The position numbers and the translations under genes are program-made. Below, one piece after another: positions 1-9,370 of a DNA stretch of 64,000 bases. Under the pieces are notes generated by a model that saw nothing but the letters and a program-made list of their open reading frames with translations, did not search any database and had not been told where the DNA came from. The DNA is from an uncultured Clostridia bacterium (GTDB taxonomy: Bacteria > Bacillota > Clostridia > Lachnospirales > Lachnospiraceae). Location of the stretch: positions 1,874-65,873 of the forward strand of contig CALBKM010000011.1 of NCBI GenBank assembly GCA_937895705.1, given 5' to 3'. Numbering within the stretch: position 1 is the first letter of the stretch; each line of letters starts with the position of its first letter.

Positions 1-344
1 TGGCGCTTACCACGATGGAAGAGGTAGGAGCGTCCGCAACCCGCGCAAGCTCCCTTTCGAAGGAAAAGCGTACGGAATATGCCAAGGTGTTTATGGAGGA
101 TATTAAGATGGCCGGCTATGACACCGTGCTGTATGCGGATGCCCGCTGGGCGGTGTTAAAGTATGACCTGGGTCAGTTGGGTGCCTACGACCTGTGGCAT
201 GCGGCAAGCGACGAGAACGAGAAGTATCCGTACCACTACACCATGTGGCAGTACAGAAACGGTGAGGTTCCGGGTGTAAGCGGAACCGTGGATATTAATC
301 TCGGTTTTAAGAATTACGGTGAGAGTAAAAAGCAGGAGCAATAG
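1..344 (+). CDS. Glycoside hydrolase family 25 lysozyme/muramidase, C-terminal fragment (5' end lies outside the window)
   Basis: The reading frame is open to the window start. The C-terminus ...YHYTMWQYRNGEVPGVSGTVDINLGF matches the GH25 terminal pattern WQY..G.V.G..G.VD.N. Confidence 0.6.
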   Translation, partial: ALTTMEEVGASATRASSLSKEKRTEYAKVFMEDIKMAGYDTVLYADARWAVLKYDLGQLGAYDLWHAASDENEKYPYHYTMWQYRNGEVPGVSGTVDINLGFKNYGESKKQEQ

Positions 345-345
345 T

Positions 346-1536
346 TTGGAAAAGCAGAGCGAAGTAATTGAATTGTATGCGGAAACGGTTCCCTACCTGT
401 TACACTGGTATGAGTATAACCGGCGCATTTTACCGTGGCGTGAGGATCCGACACCCTATCATATCTGGGTGTCGGAAATCATGTTACAACAAACAAGAGT
501 CGAGGCGGTCAAGGGATACTATGACCGCTTTTTGGCTTGTCTGCCGGATATTACGTCCCTGGCGGAGGCAGAGGAAGAGATTCTGTTAAAGCTGTGGGAA
601 GGACTGGGGTATTATAATCGTGTCCGGAATATGCAGAAAGCGGCAAAGATATTGGTAGAACGTTATAACGGGCAAATGCCGGCGGATTACGAGAAAATCC
701 GTGCGTTACCGGGAATCGGAGACTACACCGCAGGAGCCGTATCTTCCATTGCCTTCGGGCTTCCTTATCCCGCAGTGGACGGCAACGTGCTCCGGGTTAT
801 GAGCAGAATTTCCTGCAGTGAAGAAGACATTGCAAAGGAAAGTACGAAAAAGAAACTGAAACAGGATCTGACACAAATTATGCCGGCGGAAAGCGGAGAC
901 TTTAACCAGTCTTTGATGGAACTGGGTGCAACGGTATGTCTTCCCAACGGAAAACCACTATGTGATCGGTGCCCGGTGATGCATTTGTGCAAAGCCTTTC
1001 ATGCGGGAAGAGAGACGGAACTTCCGGTGAAAGCCGGAAAGAAGGAACGGCGCATTGAAAAACGGATGGTATATCTCATATTTTCGAGGGAGAAGGTATT
1101 GCTGCATCGCAGGGAGAAAAAAGGACTGTTGGCGGGGCTGTGGGAGTTTCCGAATGTGCAAAGGGACGAAAACAATCCGGATTTGACACCGGAGCAGGCA
1201 TCGAAGCGGCTTGATATATTATGGCCGGAGGATGAGGAATTCTCCGCAAATGCCGGAGCGAAAGTAAAAAAAGGAAAAAAGGCAAAACACATCTTCTCGC
1301 ATGTGGAATGGCACATGGAAGGAACCGTAATAGAGACGGAAGCCGGCGACAGTGCGACAAAGAACCGGCTGATACAGGAAGCGGGAAAGTTGACAGGGAC
1401 GGAACCGACGGCGGAGGACTGGGCCTTTGTTACTCCCCGGGAACTACGGGAAACTTATGCGGTCCCGTCGGCCTTTGAGGCGTATGTGAAAGAAGTAATG
1501 GGCGAACGGGATGACGGAGCACGTACGAAGCGATAG
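346..1536 (+). CDS. mutY: A/G-specific adenine DNA glycosylase MutY
   Basis: [38 protein letters not shown] (HhH-GPD N-terminus), a [10 protein letters not shown] hairpin, a C-x6-C-x2-C-x5-C Fe-S loop ([18 protein letters not shown]) and a NUDIX-like C-terminal domain ([11 protein letters not shown]). I chose the TTG at 346, which has AGGAG 7 nt upstream. The ORF track's GTG at 319 is the alternative start. Confidence 0.9.
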   Translation: MEKQSEVIELYAETVPYLLHWYEYNRRILPWREDPTPYHIWVSEIMLQQTRVEAVKGYYDRFLACLPDITSLAEAEEEILLKLWEGLGYYNRVRNMQKAAKILVERYNGQMPADYEKIRALPGIGDYTAGAVSSIAFGLPYPAVDGNVLRVMSRISCSEEDIAKESTKKKLKQDLTQIMPAESGDFNQSLMELGATVCLPNGKPLCDRCPVMHLCKAFHAGRETELPVKAGKKERRIEKRMVYLIFSREKVLLHRREKKGLLAGLWEFPNVQRDENNPDLTPEQASKRLDILWPEDEEFSANAGAKVKKGKKAKHIFSHVEWHMEGTVIETEAGDSATKNRLIQEAGKLTGTEPTAEDWAFVTPRELRETYAVPSAFEAYVKEVMGERDDGARTKR

Positions 1537-1571
1537 ATGAGATAACGTGTGAAACGGAAAAGGAGGCAACT

Positions 1572-2156
1572 ATGCGAATCGGAACAGGATATGATGTACA
1601 CCGTTTGGTGGAAAACAGAGCACTGATTATGGGCGGAGTGGCAATTCCGTACGAAAAAGGATTACTGGGACATTCGGATGCGGATGTGCTCTTGCATGCA
1701 ATTATGGATGCTCTTTTGGGAGCGGCTGCGCTGGGAGACATCGGAAAGCATTTTCCGGACAAAGACCCGGCATACGCCGGAATCTCCAGCATGGTACTGT
1801 TAAAAAAGGTGGCCGACCTTTTGGCGGAGGAGCACTATCTTGTGGGAAACATCGACGCCACCATCATTGCACAGCAGCCGAAATTTGCGCCGTATTTGTC
1901 CGATATGCGGGAAAATATCGCAGGTGCACTGGGGATTGCAAAAAGTCAGGTAAACATTAAGGCGACCACGGAAGAGGGTCTCGGTTTTACCGGAAGCGGC
2001 GAAGGAATCGCTGCCCAGGCGGTATGTCTTCTGGATTCCGTGGGTGACTATTTGCGAGGCGGCGGGGGCGTGGAAATCTATGCCTTTGACGAGGACGGAA
2101 ACCGGGAAAACCGCGGCTGCGGAGGCTGTGGCGGATGTATGAGGGGGAGTGAATAA
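1572..2156 (+). CDS. ispF: 2-C-methyl-D-erythritol 2,4-cyclodiphosphate synthase, with an extra ~35-40 aa Gly/Cys-rich C-terminal tail
   Basis: [63 protein letters not shown] is the canonical IspF core. GGAGG RBS. Confidence 0.93.
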   Translation: MRIGTGYDVHRLVENRALIMGGVAIPYEKGLLGHSDADVLLHAIMDALLGAAALGDIGKHFPDKDPAYAGISSMVLLKKVADLLAEEHYLVGNIDATIIAQQPKFAPYLSDMRENIAGALGIAKSQVNIKATTEEGLGFTGSGEGIAAQAVCLLDSVGDYLRGGGGVEIYAFDEDGNRENRGCGGCGGCMRGSE

Positions 2157-2327
2157 GGGGCGGTGGTGTGGTCTGACACCGGTTGCGGAACCAAAGGTTT
2201 CCAAACGGCAGATTATACTTGCTATTTAAGAGGTATCGTGATAAGATACAAAGAGGTGATTTTCGACAAAAGTATATCTAAGAATACATCGGTTGTTCGA
2301 GATAAAAGGGCGAGAAAGGGACGCAAG

Positions 2328-4202
2328 ATGAAGGGTAAACGATTTCACGACAAAGAATTGATTTTACGCCAGTGCCTTCTGATGGTGCTGGATGCGGCTG
2401 CGGTGGTGTTTTCCTCGGTGATGGCACTGTTGTTGCGCTTTAATCTGAGTTTTGAAGAAATCCAGGAACCGTATCTGGAAAATATATGGCAGTTCATGAT
2501 TCCGAATGTGTTGACGGTGTTGGTGGTATTTTGGTTTTTCCGCCTTTATCACAGCGTATGGCGATACGCCGGAATGTATGAGCTGCAACAGATTGTACTT
2601 GCATCCGTTACGGTAACGTTGATTCAGTTGTTGGGAACGACTCTTGCAGGAATTCGTATGCCGCGCAGTTACTGGTTTTTGTATGCGGGCGTGCTTGTTT
2701 GTGCGACGGTGATTACGCGTTTTTCCTACCGTTTTACAAGACGTCTGAAAAAGCGCTTTATTGACGGACGGCGGGGGACGGATATTTCCAGAGTTATGGT
2801 GGTGGGTGCCGGCGCAGCTGCGGATGTTTTGATTCGTGAGCTTAAAACCAGTGACCATCTGCATAAGCATGTGGAATGCGTCATCGACGACAATGCGGCG
2901 TTAAAAGGACGAACCATTCAGGGGTGTCAGATTATCGGCGGAAGAGAATTGATTGTGGAAGCGGCGGCAAAGTACCAGATTGACGAGATTATTATTGCCA
3001 TGCCGTCCATGCCGAGAAAGACGATTGCAGAGATTGCAAAGATTTGTAACGAGACCGGTTGCGAGCTTAAGACACTTCCGGGTGTGTATCAGCTGGTAAA
3101 CAAAGAGGTGCGCATCAGCCAGCTTCGTCACGTAGATATCGAGGATTTGTTGGGAAGAGAGCCGGTGACGGTGGATTTGTCCGCAATTACCGGGTATTTG
3201 GGAGACCAGGTGGTACTTGTAACGGGTGGTGGCGGTTCCATCGGCAGCGAGCTTTGCCGGCAGATTGCGGCTTCAAAACCGAAGCAGCTCATTATTGTGG
3301 ATATTTACGAGAATAATGCGTATGAAATACAGCAGGAGTTAAAGAGGAAGTACCCGAAGCTTAATTTGGTGGTACTCATTGCATCGGTGCGGAATACGAA
3401 CCGTATGAACGCGATTTTTGAGTCCTATCTTCCGAATATTGTATTTCACGCGGCAGCCCATAAACACGTTCCGTTGATGGAAGACAGCCCGAACGAAGCG
3501 ATTAAAAACAATGTGTTCGGTACGCTAAAAACCGTGCAGGCTGCAGACCGCTACGGTGTGGAACGCTTTGTACTTATTTCCACCGATAAGGCGGTGAATC
3601 CGACCAATATTATGGGCGCCAGCAAGCGTATTTGCGAGATGATTGTGCAGGCTTACAGCCGTCGCTCGCAGACGGAGTTTGTGGCGGTCCGGTTTGGGAA
3701 TGTACTGGGAAGTAACGGCAGTGTGATTCCGCTGTTTAAACAGCAGATAAAAGAAGGAGGTCCGGTGACCGTAACACATCCGGATATCATCCGTTACTTT
3801 ATGACGATACCGGAAGCGGTTTCCCTGGTGTTACAGGCAGGAGCCTTCGCCCACGGCGGAGAAATCTTTGTGCTTGATATGGGCGAACCGGTGAAAATTG
3901 TGGATTTGGCAAAGAATCTCATCCGTCTGTCCGGTTATACGCCGAACGAGGACATTATGATCGAATACACCGGGCTCCGTCCGGGAGAAAAGCTCTACGA
4001 GGAGCGGCTGATGGAAGAGGAAGGTTTGGCGAAAACCGCCAACGACCGTATCTCTGTGGCTCAACCGATAGAGATGGAAGATGAACTCTTCTTCGGAAAA
4101 CTGGATGTGCTGAAGGATGCCGTGTACGAAGAAACCGGCGAGGTACGGCAGATGGTACGGGACATTGTGCCGACCTATAAAATGCCGAAGGGAAAAGAAT
4201 AA
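2328..4202 (+). CDS. Membrane-anchored polysaccharide biosynthesis protein of the CapD/PglF/WbpM type (UDP-GlcNAc 4,6-dehydratase family)
   Basis: N-terminal TM helices are followed by two Rossmann regions (VMVVGAGAAADVLI; VLVTGGGGSIGSEL) and then FHAAAHKHVPLME, STDKAVNPTNIMGASKR and RFGNVLGSNGSV. Start set at the ATG at 2328 (MKGKRF), which has an upstream AAAGGG. The 2163 extension in the track is probably noncoding. Confidence 0.9.
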   Translation: MKGKRFHDKELILRQCLLMVLDAAAVVFSSVMALLLRFNLSFEEIQEPYLENIWQFMIPNVLTVLVVFWFFRLYHSVWRYAGMYELQQIVLASVTVTLIQLLGTTLAGIRMPRSYWFLYAGVLVCATVITRFSYRFTRRLKKRFIDGRRGTDISRVMVVGAGAAADVLIRELKTSDHLHKHVECVIDDNAALKGRTIQGCQIIGGRELIVEAAAKYQIDEIIIAMPSMPRKTIAEIAKICNETGCELKTLPGVYQLVNKEVRISQLRHVDIEDLLGREPVTVDLSAITGYLGDQVVLVTGGGGSIGSELCRQIAASKPKQLIIVDIYENNAYEIQQELKRKYPKLNLVVLIASVRNTNRMNAIFESYLPNIVFHAAAHKHVPLMEDSPNEAIKNNVFGTLKTVQAADRYGVERFVLISTDKAVNPTNIMGASKRICEMIVQAYSRRSQTEFVAVRFGNVLGSNGSVIPLFKQQIKEGGPVTVTHPDIIRYFMTIPEAVSLVLQAGAFAHGGEIFVLDMGEPVKIVDLAKNLIRLSGYTPNEDIMIEYTGLRPGEKLYEERLMEEEGLAKTANDRISVAQPIEMEDELFFGKLDVLKDAVYEETGEVRQMVRDIVPTYKMPKGKE

Positions 4203-4211
4203 GAGAAAGAA

Positions 4212-4251
4212 AACAGCGGGTCCGGCGCAGTGAATGCGCGGGCCCGCTGTT
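4212..4251. terminator. Bidirectional intrinsic terminator between capD-like and the convergent small ORF
   Basis: 12-bp stem aacagcgggtcc/gggcccgctgtt with an inner gcgca/tgcgc stem. T-runs are present on both strands. Confidence 0.6.
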
Positions 4252-4304
4252 TTGGTTCCGCAACGATTTTGTGGTGTTCCGCAAGTCGTAAGAACTTGTC
4301 CCGG

Positions 4305-4466
4305 TTACTCCTCCAGAGCCTTTTCAATTCGTTCATTGTCCTTTTCCAGATACTCCAGTGCTTTGGCATTGTCTCCGTTTTTTATTGCTTCGATAATCAG
4401 GTCGTTCAGGAACTTGTCCTTTCTTAAACCGTCTTTGTATTGCATGTCAGTTGGCATATATTCCAT
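4305..4466 (-). CDS. Small hypothetical protein (53 aa; MEYMPTDMQYKDGLRKDKFLNDLIIEAIKNGDNAKALEYLEKDNERIEKALEE)
   Basis: Hand translation of the minus strand. It is below the ORF-track size cutoff. GGTGAAAGGA lies upstream, and an alternative ATG at codon 4 has better spacing. It ends at the bidirectional terminator. No family recognised. Confidence 0.35.
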   Translation of the reverse strand: MEYMPTDMQYKDGLRKDKFLNDLIIEAIKNGDNAKALEYLEKDNERIEKALEE

Positions 4467-4934
4467 TCCTTTCACCGTCCTTCTTATAGAGTGTTTCTTG
4501 TCTATAATTATAAAACGGATTTTATGATGTGTAAAGTGTTTTTGTTTGGCACATCTACCAAAAAAACAGTAGAAATTTGTGCGGGATGTACAAAGATTTT
4601 GTGGGTGAAAACGTGAGAAAACTGTCTAAAATCAAGGGTTTGCGGGGAAAACTGATATCGGTAAAGTGACAAGTTTTGCGAAAATCGACCTTGTGAAGAC
4701 GGAGAAACCGTGCTATACTAAATTTATAAGAAAGTCTTGCTTTTTCGATACATCACGAGTGTCGGGGCATATCTGAAGCTTTGTTCTTTTCGGCGAAATC
4801 CGCCGGTTGTTCACAGATTTAACGCAGATGGGAGAAACATTTCTTTTGCCTTGCTTTTTTTGCCTGTAGCCCCTATAATAAAGGCAAAGAAAGACGCACT
4901 TCTTTCTGCGGGATATGAGTAGGAAGGAGTACGG

Positions 4935-5969
4935 ATGAAAGAAAACACATACATTTCCGATACGTTGGAAGGGAATGACTGTAAGGACCGACTGGATACC
5001 GAGGTCAAAAAGGTGTTGAGTGATAAGACGGTACTGGCGTGGATTTTAAAGTATACCACCGCCGAATTCGAGCAATACTCAATTGGCAAGATAAAAACAT
5101 GCATTGAAGGGACCCCGGAAGTAGGAACACATTCGGTAAATCCAAGGTCAAATCGAAAGACCCAAAATACAAACAGGAGACAAGGTGATAACAAGGCTGA
5201 TAAAACTCCGGAGGCAATTACCGGCAGTGATACGGTAGACAAGGTTCCGGGCGAGGGCCAAATCACCTACGATATTCGTTTTTATGCCATCACTCCCACG
5301 AAGGAGCGTATTAAGCTGATACTGAATGTAGAAGCACAGAAGACGTTTAATCTTAAGTACGACCTTGTCACACGAGGCATCTTCTATGCGGCACGTATGA
5401 TTTCAGCCCAAAAGGGAACGGAATTCAAAGGAAGTAACTATAACGACATTAAAAAGGTGTATTCCATCTGGATTTGTATGGAAGTTCCGAAAAGTATGGA
5501 GTACACCGTTACATCCTATGGGATGAACAAAAAGGTGCTTTTCGGCAATCCGAAGAAGCAATTTCGTTATGATCTGCTGGAAGTGGTTATGATATGTCTC
5601 GGTAAAGAAGAAAATGCTGTCAACGGGAATCGTCTGCACGGTATGTTGAGCACGCTGCTTTCACAGAAACTTGCGCCGAATGAAAAGGAAATGCATTTAT
5701 CCAATGAGTACGGATTTGAAACATCCATTGAGCTGGAAGGAGGACTAAAACAGATGTGTAATTATAGTGAGTTGATTGAAGAGAGAGGAATAGAAAAAGG
5801 CGTTGCATTAGGAATAGAACAAGGGGAACGCCTGCGTCTGCTGTCGCAAATCCAAAAGAAACTGGCCAAAGGTAAGTCTTTGGAGCAAATTGCGGATGAG
5901 TTGGAAGAAACGGTAGAGACCATCCTTCCGCTGTATGAGCAAGTACGGGCAGAAATGAAGGTACAGTAA
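4935..5969 (+). CDS. Rpn-family recombination-promoting nuclease / PD-(D/E)XK putative transposase (YhgA-like)
   Basis: Core ITYDIRFYAI...ILNVEAQK (D...E-x-K nuclease motif). The helical C-terminus ELIEERGIEKGVALGIEQGERLRLLSQIQKKL...SLEQIADEL is typical of this family in Clostridia. AGGAAGGAG RBS. Confidence 0.6.
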   Translation: MKENTYISDTLEGNDCKDRLDTEVKKVLSDKTVLAWILKYTTAEFEQYSIGKIKTCIEGTPEVGTHSVNPRSNRKTQNTNRRQGDNKADKTPEAITGSDTVDKVPGEGQITYDIRFYAITPTKERIKLILNVEAQKTFNLKYDLVTRGIFYAARMISAQKGTEFKGSNYNDIKKVYSIWICMEVPKSMEYTVTSYGMNKKVLFGNPKKQFRYDLLEVVMICLGKEENAVNGNRLHGMLSTLLSQKLAPNEKEMHLSNEYGFETSIELEGGLKQMCNYSELIEERGIEKGVALGIEQGERLRLLSQIQKKLAKGKSLEQIADELEETVETILPLYEQVRAEMKVQ

Positions 5970-6116
5970 CCTAACTCACATCAATAACAAAACGCATAGA
6001 GCGGGCATCCCTACGGTTCACGAGGGGTGCCCTCTCGAATTTTGTTTTGTAAAACAGCAAAATTTTTGATAAAGCCTAGCTTCCATTCATTCCCACTGAA
6101 ATCACGCATTCTTGCC

Positions 6117-6145
6117 TTGCGTTCCTATGTGAAATGTGGTATGAT
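6117..6145 (+). promoter_or_regulatory. Putative sigma-A promoter for the wzz-like gene
   Basis: TTGCGT, 17-nt spacer, TGgTATGAT (extended -10). Confidence 0.4.
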
Positions 6146-6195
6146 AAAAGTTGGGGTATTATGCCCTTTTATGGAGAAAAATGACGGAGGATGTT

Positions 6196-7620
6196 ATGAA
6201 CGAGCAGGAGAAAGAGATTAACTTAAAACGTTTATTTTATAAAGCGCTGAGAAGCTGGAGAAAGGCGGCGTTGGCGGCTGTAATTGCGGCTGTGGCTGTG
6301 GGCGGTACGAAGTGCGGCGTGGAACTGGCGAAGATTTCCGATACGGAGGTTGTAGAGGAGCGTCAGAGAAAGTACGAAGGCGAAATGGCAAAGTACCAGC
6401 AGGAGGGCGACCTGATTCTGAAGGAGATGGACGATTTGGAGGCCTCTCTGCGGAAGCAGACGGATTACAATGAGCATTCCGTGCTGATGGAGATTGACCC
6501 GTACAACGAGTGGAGAGGCTCCATCGACTTTTACGTAGAGACGGACTGGCAGGTGTTGCCGGAACAGGCCATCCAGGCCCAGAACCCGGCGAACCAGATT
6601 GTCCGGGTGTACAGTACTTATATCACCAACGGTGAGTTGTATCAGTATGTATTGGACCGCATGGGTTCCGATATGGAGATCCGTTACCTGCGAGAGGTTC
6701 TCGGAGGGTCTGCGGACGCGACCAACTACCTGATTCACTTTACGGTACGCGGGGTGTCTCAGGCGGAATGTCAGGAAATCCTCGGCTATATCGAAGAGGG
6801 AATGAAGGCAAAGCAGAGCGAGATTATTGCAAGCGTAGGCGAGTTTAAGCTTCTCACCACTAACAGCGCTACGTACAGCCAGATTAATTACGACCTGGAG
6901 AAGACGCAGAAGGACAACCGGCAGTCCATTACAGAGATGAATACGGCCCTTTCCGCGAAGCAGTTTGAGCTGATGGAGTGGGAAAAGGATGAAGCAAAAA
7001 TCGAGGTGCCGGTAGTGAGCAAATTGGACGCCCTTAAGGAAGGTATTAAGATGTTCATTCTCACGGCGCTGATTGTAGGCGTGGTATTTGTAATGATTTA
7101 CGGTGTGAGTTATATCTTGTCCAAGTTTGTTCAGGACAGAGATGAATTTGACGGGTGGGATGTCTATGTGGCAGAGTTGCCACGTTCTTACAAAAAGAGA
7201 GCATTCTTCTGGCTGGACAGATTGTTCGGACAGTGGTTTTTGAGTAATGTATATGCAAACGAATACGAGGCACGCCTGGCGGCAGCGGCAAAGCAGATGG
7301 GTGAGGCGGCAAAGCTGGCTTTTGATAAGGCTGAGCCGAAGCTGGCGCTTATCAGCGATATGCCGCAGGAGGAGCTTGCGGCTCTTTCCGAGACCATGGG
7401 AAAGGTAAAGGGAGTATCCGGCGTGCGATTTACGGTGGCAGGTAATCCGCTCCTGACCTCGGATGCAATCGATGAAGTTCTTTCCGCAGACGGTGTGGTA
7501 CTGGTGGCAAAGCAGGAGTGCACGAAGAGGGAGTCCGTTTACCAGATGAAGGCGCAGCTTAGTGAACTTAAGAAGGAGCTGGCAGCTGTGGTTGTGACGA
7601 ATACGGACGGGATTGTGTAA
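6196..7620 (+). CDS. Wzz/CpsC-like polysaccharide co-polymerase (chain-length determinant) with a degenerate BY-kinase-like C-terminal domain
   Basis: INLKRLFYKALRSWRKAALAAVIAAVAV (Wzz N-terminus plus TM1), a long coiled-coil ectodomain, TM2 (MFILTALIVGVVFVMIYGVSYIL), then a ~160-aa cytoplasmic tail. Start set at the ATG at 6196 (GGAGG, 6-nt spacing). Confidence 0.65.
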   Translation: MNEQEKEINLKRLFYKALRSWRKAALAAVIAAVAVGGTKCGVELAKISDTEVVEERQRKYEGEMAKYQQEGDLILKEMDDLEASLRKQTDYNEHSVLMEIDPYNEWRGSIDFYVETDWQVLPEQAIQAQNPANQIVRVYSTYITNGELYQYVLDRMGSDMEIRYLREVLGGSADATNYLIHFTVRGVSQAECQEILGYIEEGMKAKQSEIIASVGEFKLLTTNSATYSQINYDLEKTQKDNRQSITEMNTALSAKQFELMEWEKDEAKIEVPVVSKLDALKEGIKMFILTALIVGVVFVMIYGVSYILSKFVQDRDEFDGWDVYVAELPRSYKKRAFFWLDRLFGQWFLSNVYANEYEARLAAAAKQMGEAAKLAFDKAEPKLALISDMPQEELAALSETMGKVKGVSGVRFTVAGNPLLTSDAIDEVLSADGVVLVAKQECTKRESVYQMKAQLSELKKELAAVVVTNTDGIV

Positions 7621-7641
7621 GAAAAAAGACAGACAAGAAAA

Positions 7642-7691
7642 GCAGGAGATGGAACGATGAAAATCGTGGCATCTCCTGCGAATGATTTTTT
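7642..7691 (+). terminator. Intrinsic terminator after the wzz-like gene
   Basis: 9-bp stem gcaggagat/atctcctgc with an inner acgat/atcgt stem, followed by a T6 run. Confidence 0.55.
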
Positions 7692-7753
7692 ATGAAAGAG
7701 AAGAAATGAAATTTGGTTTTGGCATAATTGAAAGGTTGTAGGAGAAGGACAGA

Positions 7754-8662
7754 ATGGGAAAAAGCAAGAAGATAATTATTCAAGCGTTGATTTGCGTAGG
7801 GTTAATATGTGTGATTTGGGCGGGATATTTCCTTGCAATGCATTTTGGTGCGGAAAGGGGTTTGGATATAAAAGAAGATAACTTCTCTTGGGTATATCAA
7901 GTGGATTCTGTAAAGACAGAAGGACAAGATTTTGTGCTTCGAGGTTTTGCTTTTAAACTTGGGGAGGATGCAGCAGAAGGCGGATTTGAAATTGTATTAC
8001 GAGATATTGAGTCTGGGAAAAAAACTTTTTCAAAGATGGAATATTTTGAACGTAAGGATGTAAATGAGTACTTTTTATGTGAGTATGATTATATGCAATC
8101 TGGTTTTTCTGCTACCATAGCTTTGAAAAAATTAGATTTGGAAAAAAGAGGCTATGAAGTTCTTTTGAGAGAAAAGGGAAAACAACAGACATATCAGACG
8201 GGGGTATATGTTTCCGGGGGTGAACTTGTGTATGCAAATCCATTAAACTATGTGCCGCTTGATGTTGAGGGAACGGGCTTAGAAGAAGTTGTTAATGAAG
8301 GAATATTGCGGGTATATCGTCCGGATTATGGAGTGTATATTTATCAGTATGAGGGAGATTTGTATTGGATTGTAGAAAAAACATATAATTTCGATAACTC
8401 AGGTGATATGTATATGGAATATCAATTAGCTACAACACAAATAGATAGGTTGCCAGAGTATCGTTTGAAAAACAAATGGTATTGGGATAATGTTGGCTTT
8501 ATGTTTGCAGACAAAGAAGTGGAGGAACTGGAGACAGAAAAATATCGTGTTTCTCGAAAAGGTCTTCCAACGGAATATTCTATTGAAAAAATATGGACTG
8601 GCGAGAATAATGGCGAGTGGATTTGGACACAGACATTTAGACCATATTACAGAATGAAATAG
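7754..8662 (+). CDS. Hypothetical membrane-anchored protein (single N-terminal TM); first gene of the AT-rich cassette
   Basis: ORF with a GGAGAAGGA RBS and an N-terminal hydrophobic helix IIIQALICVGLICVIWAGYFLA. No family recognised. Confidence 0.5.
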   Translation: MGKSKKIIIQALICVGLICVIWAGYFLAMHFGAERGLDIKEDNFSWVYQVDSVKTEGQDFVLRGFAFKLGEDAAEGGFEIVLRDIESGKKTFSKMEYFERKDVNEYFLCEYDYMQSGFSATIALKKLDLEKRGYEVLLREKGKQQTYQTGVYVSGGELVYANPLNYVPLDVEGTGLEEVVNEGILRVYRPDYGVYIYQYEGDLYWIVEKTYNFDNSGDMYMEYQLATTQIDRLPEYRLKNKWYWDNVGFMFADKEVEELETEKYRVSRKGLPTEYSIEKIWTGENNGEWIWTQTFRPYYRMK

Positions 8663-8730
8663 AAAAGGTTTTAAAAAGGTCAAAATTTTCGCAGAGATTA
8701 TTAATAAGGCAGTGTGAGGGAGCTGATAAA

Positions 8731-9336
8731 ATGTATAGGCGTTTTATAAAGAGAATAATTGATATTGTGTTGTCGAGTATAGGATTGCTTTTTTTAGCAA
8801 TACCAATGATGATTGTAGCAATCATTATTAAAATAGATGATCCGGGTCCTGCTTTATTTAAACAGAAGCGTGTTGGTGAGAATAAGAGTTTTTTTGTTTT
8901 ATATAAGTTTCGTTCTATGAAGTTGTCTACCCCACATGACACACCAACACACTTGCTTATAAATCCTGATCAATATTTTTTGAGATGCGGAAAGTTTATT
9001 AGAAAATTTAGTATTGATGAATTACCGCAGCTTATTAATATTTTAAAGGGAGATATGTCAATTATAGGACCTCGTCCTGCTTTGTGGAATCAAGATGACT
9101 TAGTTGCAGAGAGAGATAAATATGGCGCAAATAATGTGAAACCAGGCCTTACTGGTTGGGCGCAAATAAACGGCAGAGATGAACTTGAGATTCCAGTGAA
9201 GGCAAAGCTTGATGGAGAGTATGTGGAAAAATTGAGTTTTATAATGGATTTAAGGTGTTTCTTTGGAACATTCGCAAAAGTATTAAAAAGTGACGGCGTT
9301 GTTGAAGGTGGAAGTGTAGAAAAAAGAAATGATTAG
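8731..9336 (+). CDS. Small PglC/WecA-independent-type bacterial sugar transferase (initiating undecaprenyl-phosphate sugar-phosphate transferase)
   Basis: Re-entrant helix followed by DDPGPALFKQKRVG, YKFRSM, IDELPQLINILKGDMSIIGPRP and KPGLTGWAQING. Confidence 0.9.
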   Translation: MYRRFIKRIIDIVLSSIGLLFLAIPMMIVAIIIKIDDPGPALFKQKRVGENKSFFVLYKFRSMKLSTPHDTPTHLLINPDQYFLRCGKFIRKFSIDELPQLINILKGDMSIIGPRPALWNQDDLVAERDKYGANNVKPGLTGWAQINGRDELEIPVKAKLDGEYVEKLSFIMDLRCFFGTFAKVLKSDGVVEGGSVEKRND

Positions 9337-9370
9337 TGAAGAGCATGAGTAAAGAAAGGATGTTTTTTGT

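Noticed and set aside
2163-2327. N-terminal 55-aa extension of the CapD-like ORF
   Set aside because: It has no RBS and its sequence is not family-like. The ATG at 2328 has an RBS and is followed by the expected TM region.
4935-5969. Calling the Rpn-like gene an insertion sequence
   Set aside because: I could identify no terminal inverted repeats or target-site duplication by eye. It is reported as a CDS only.
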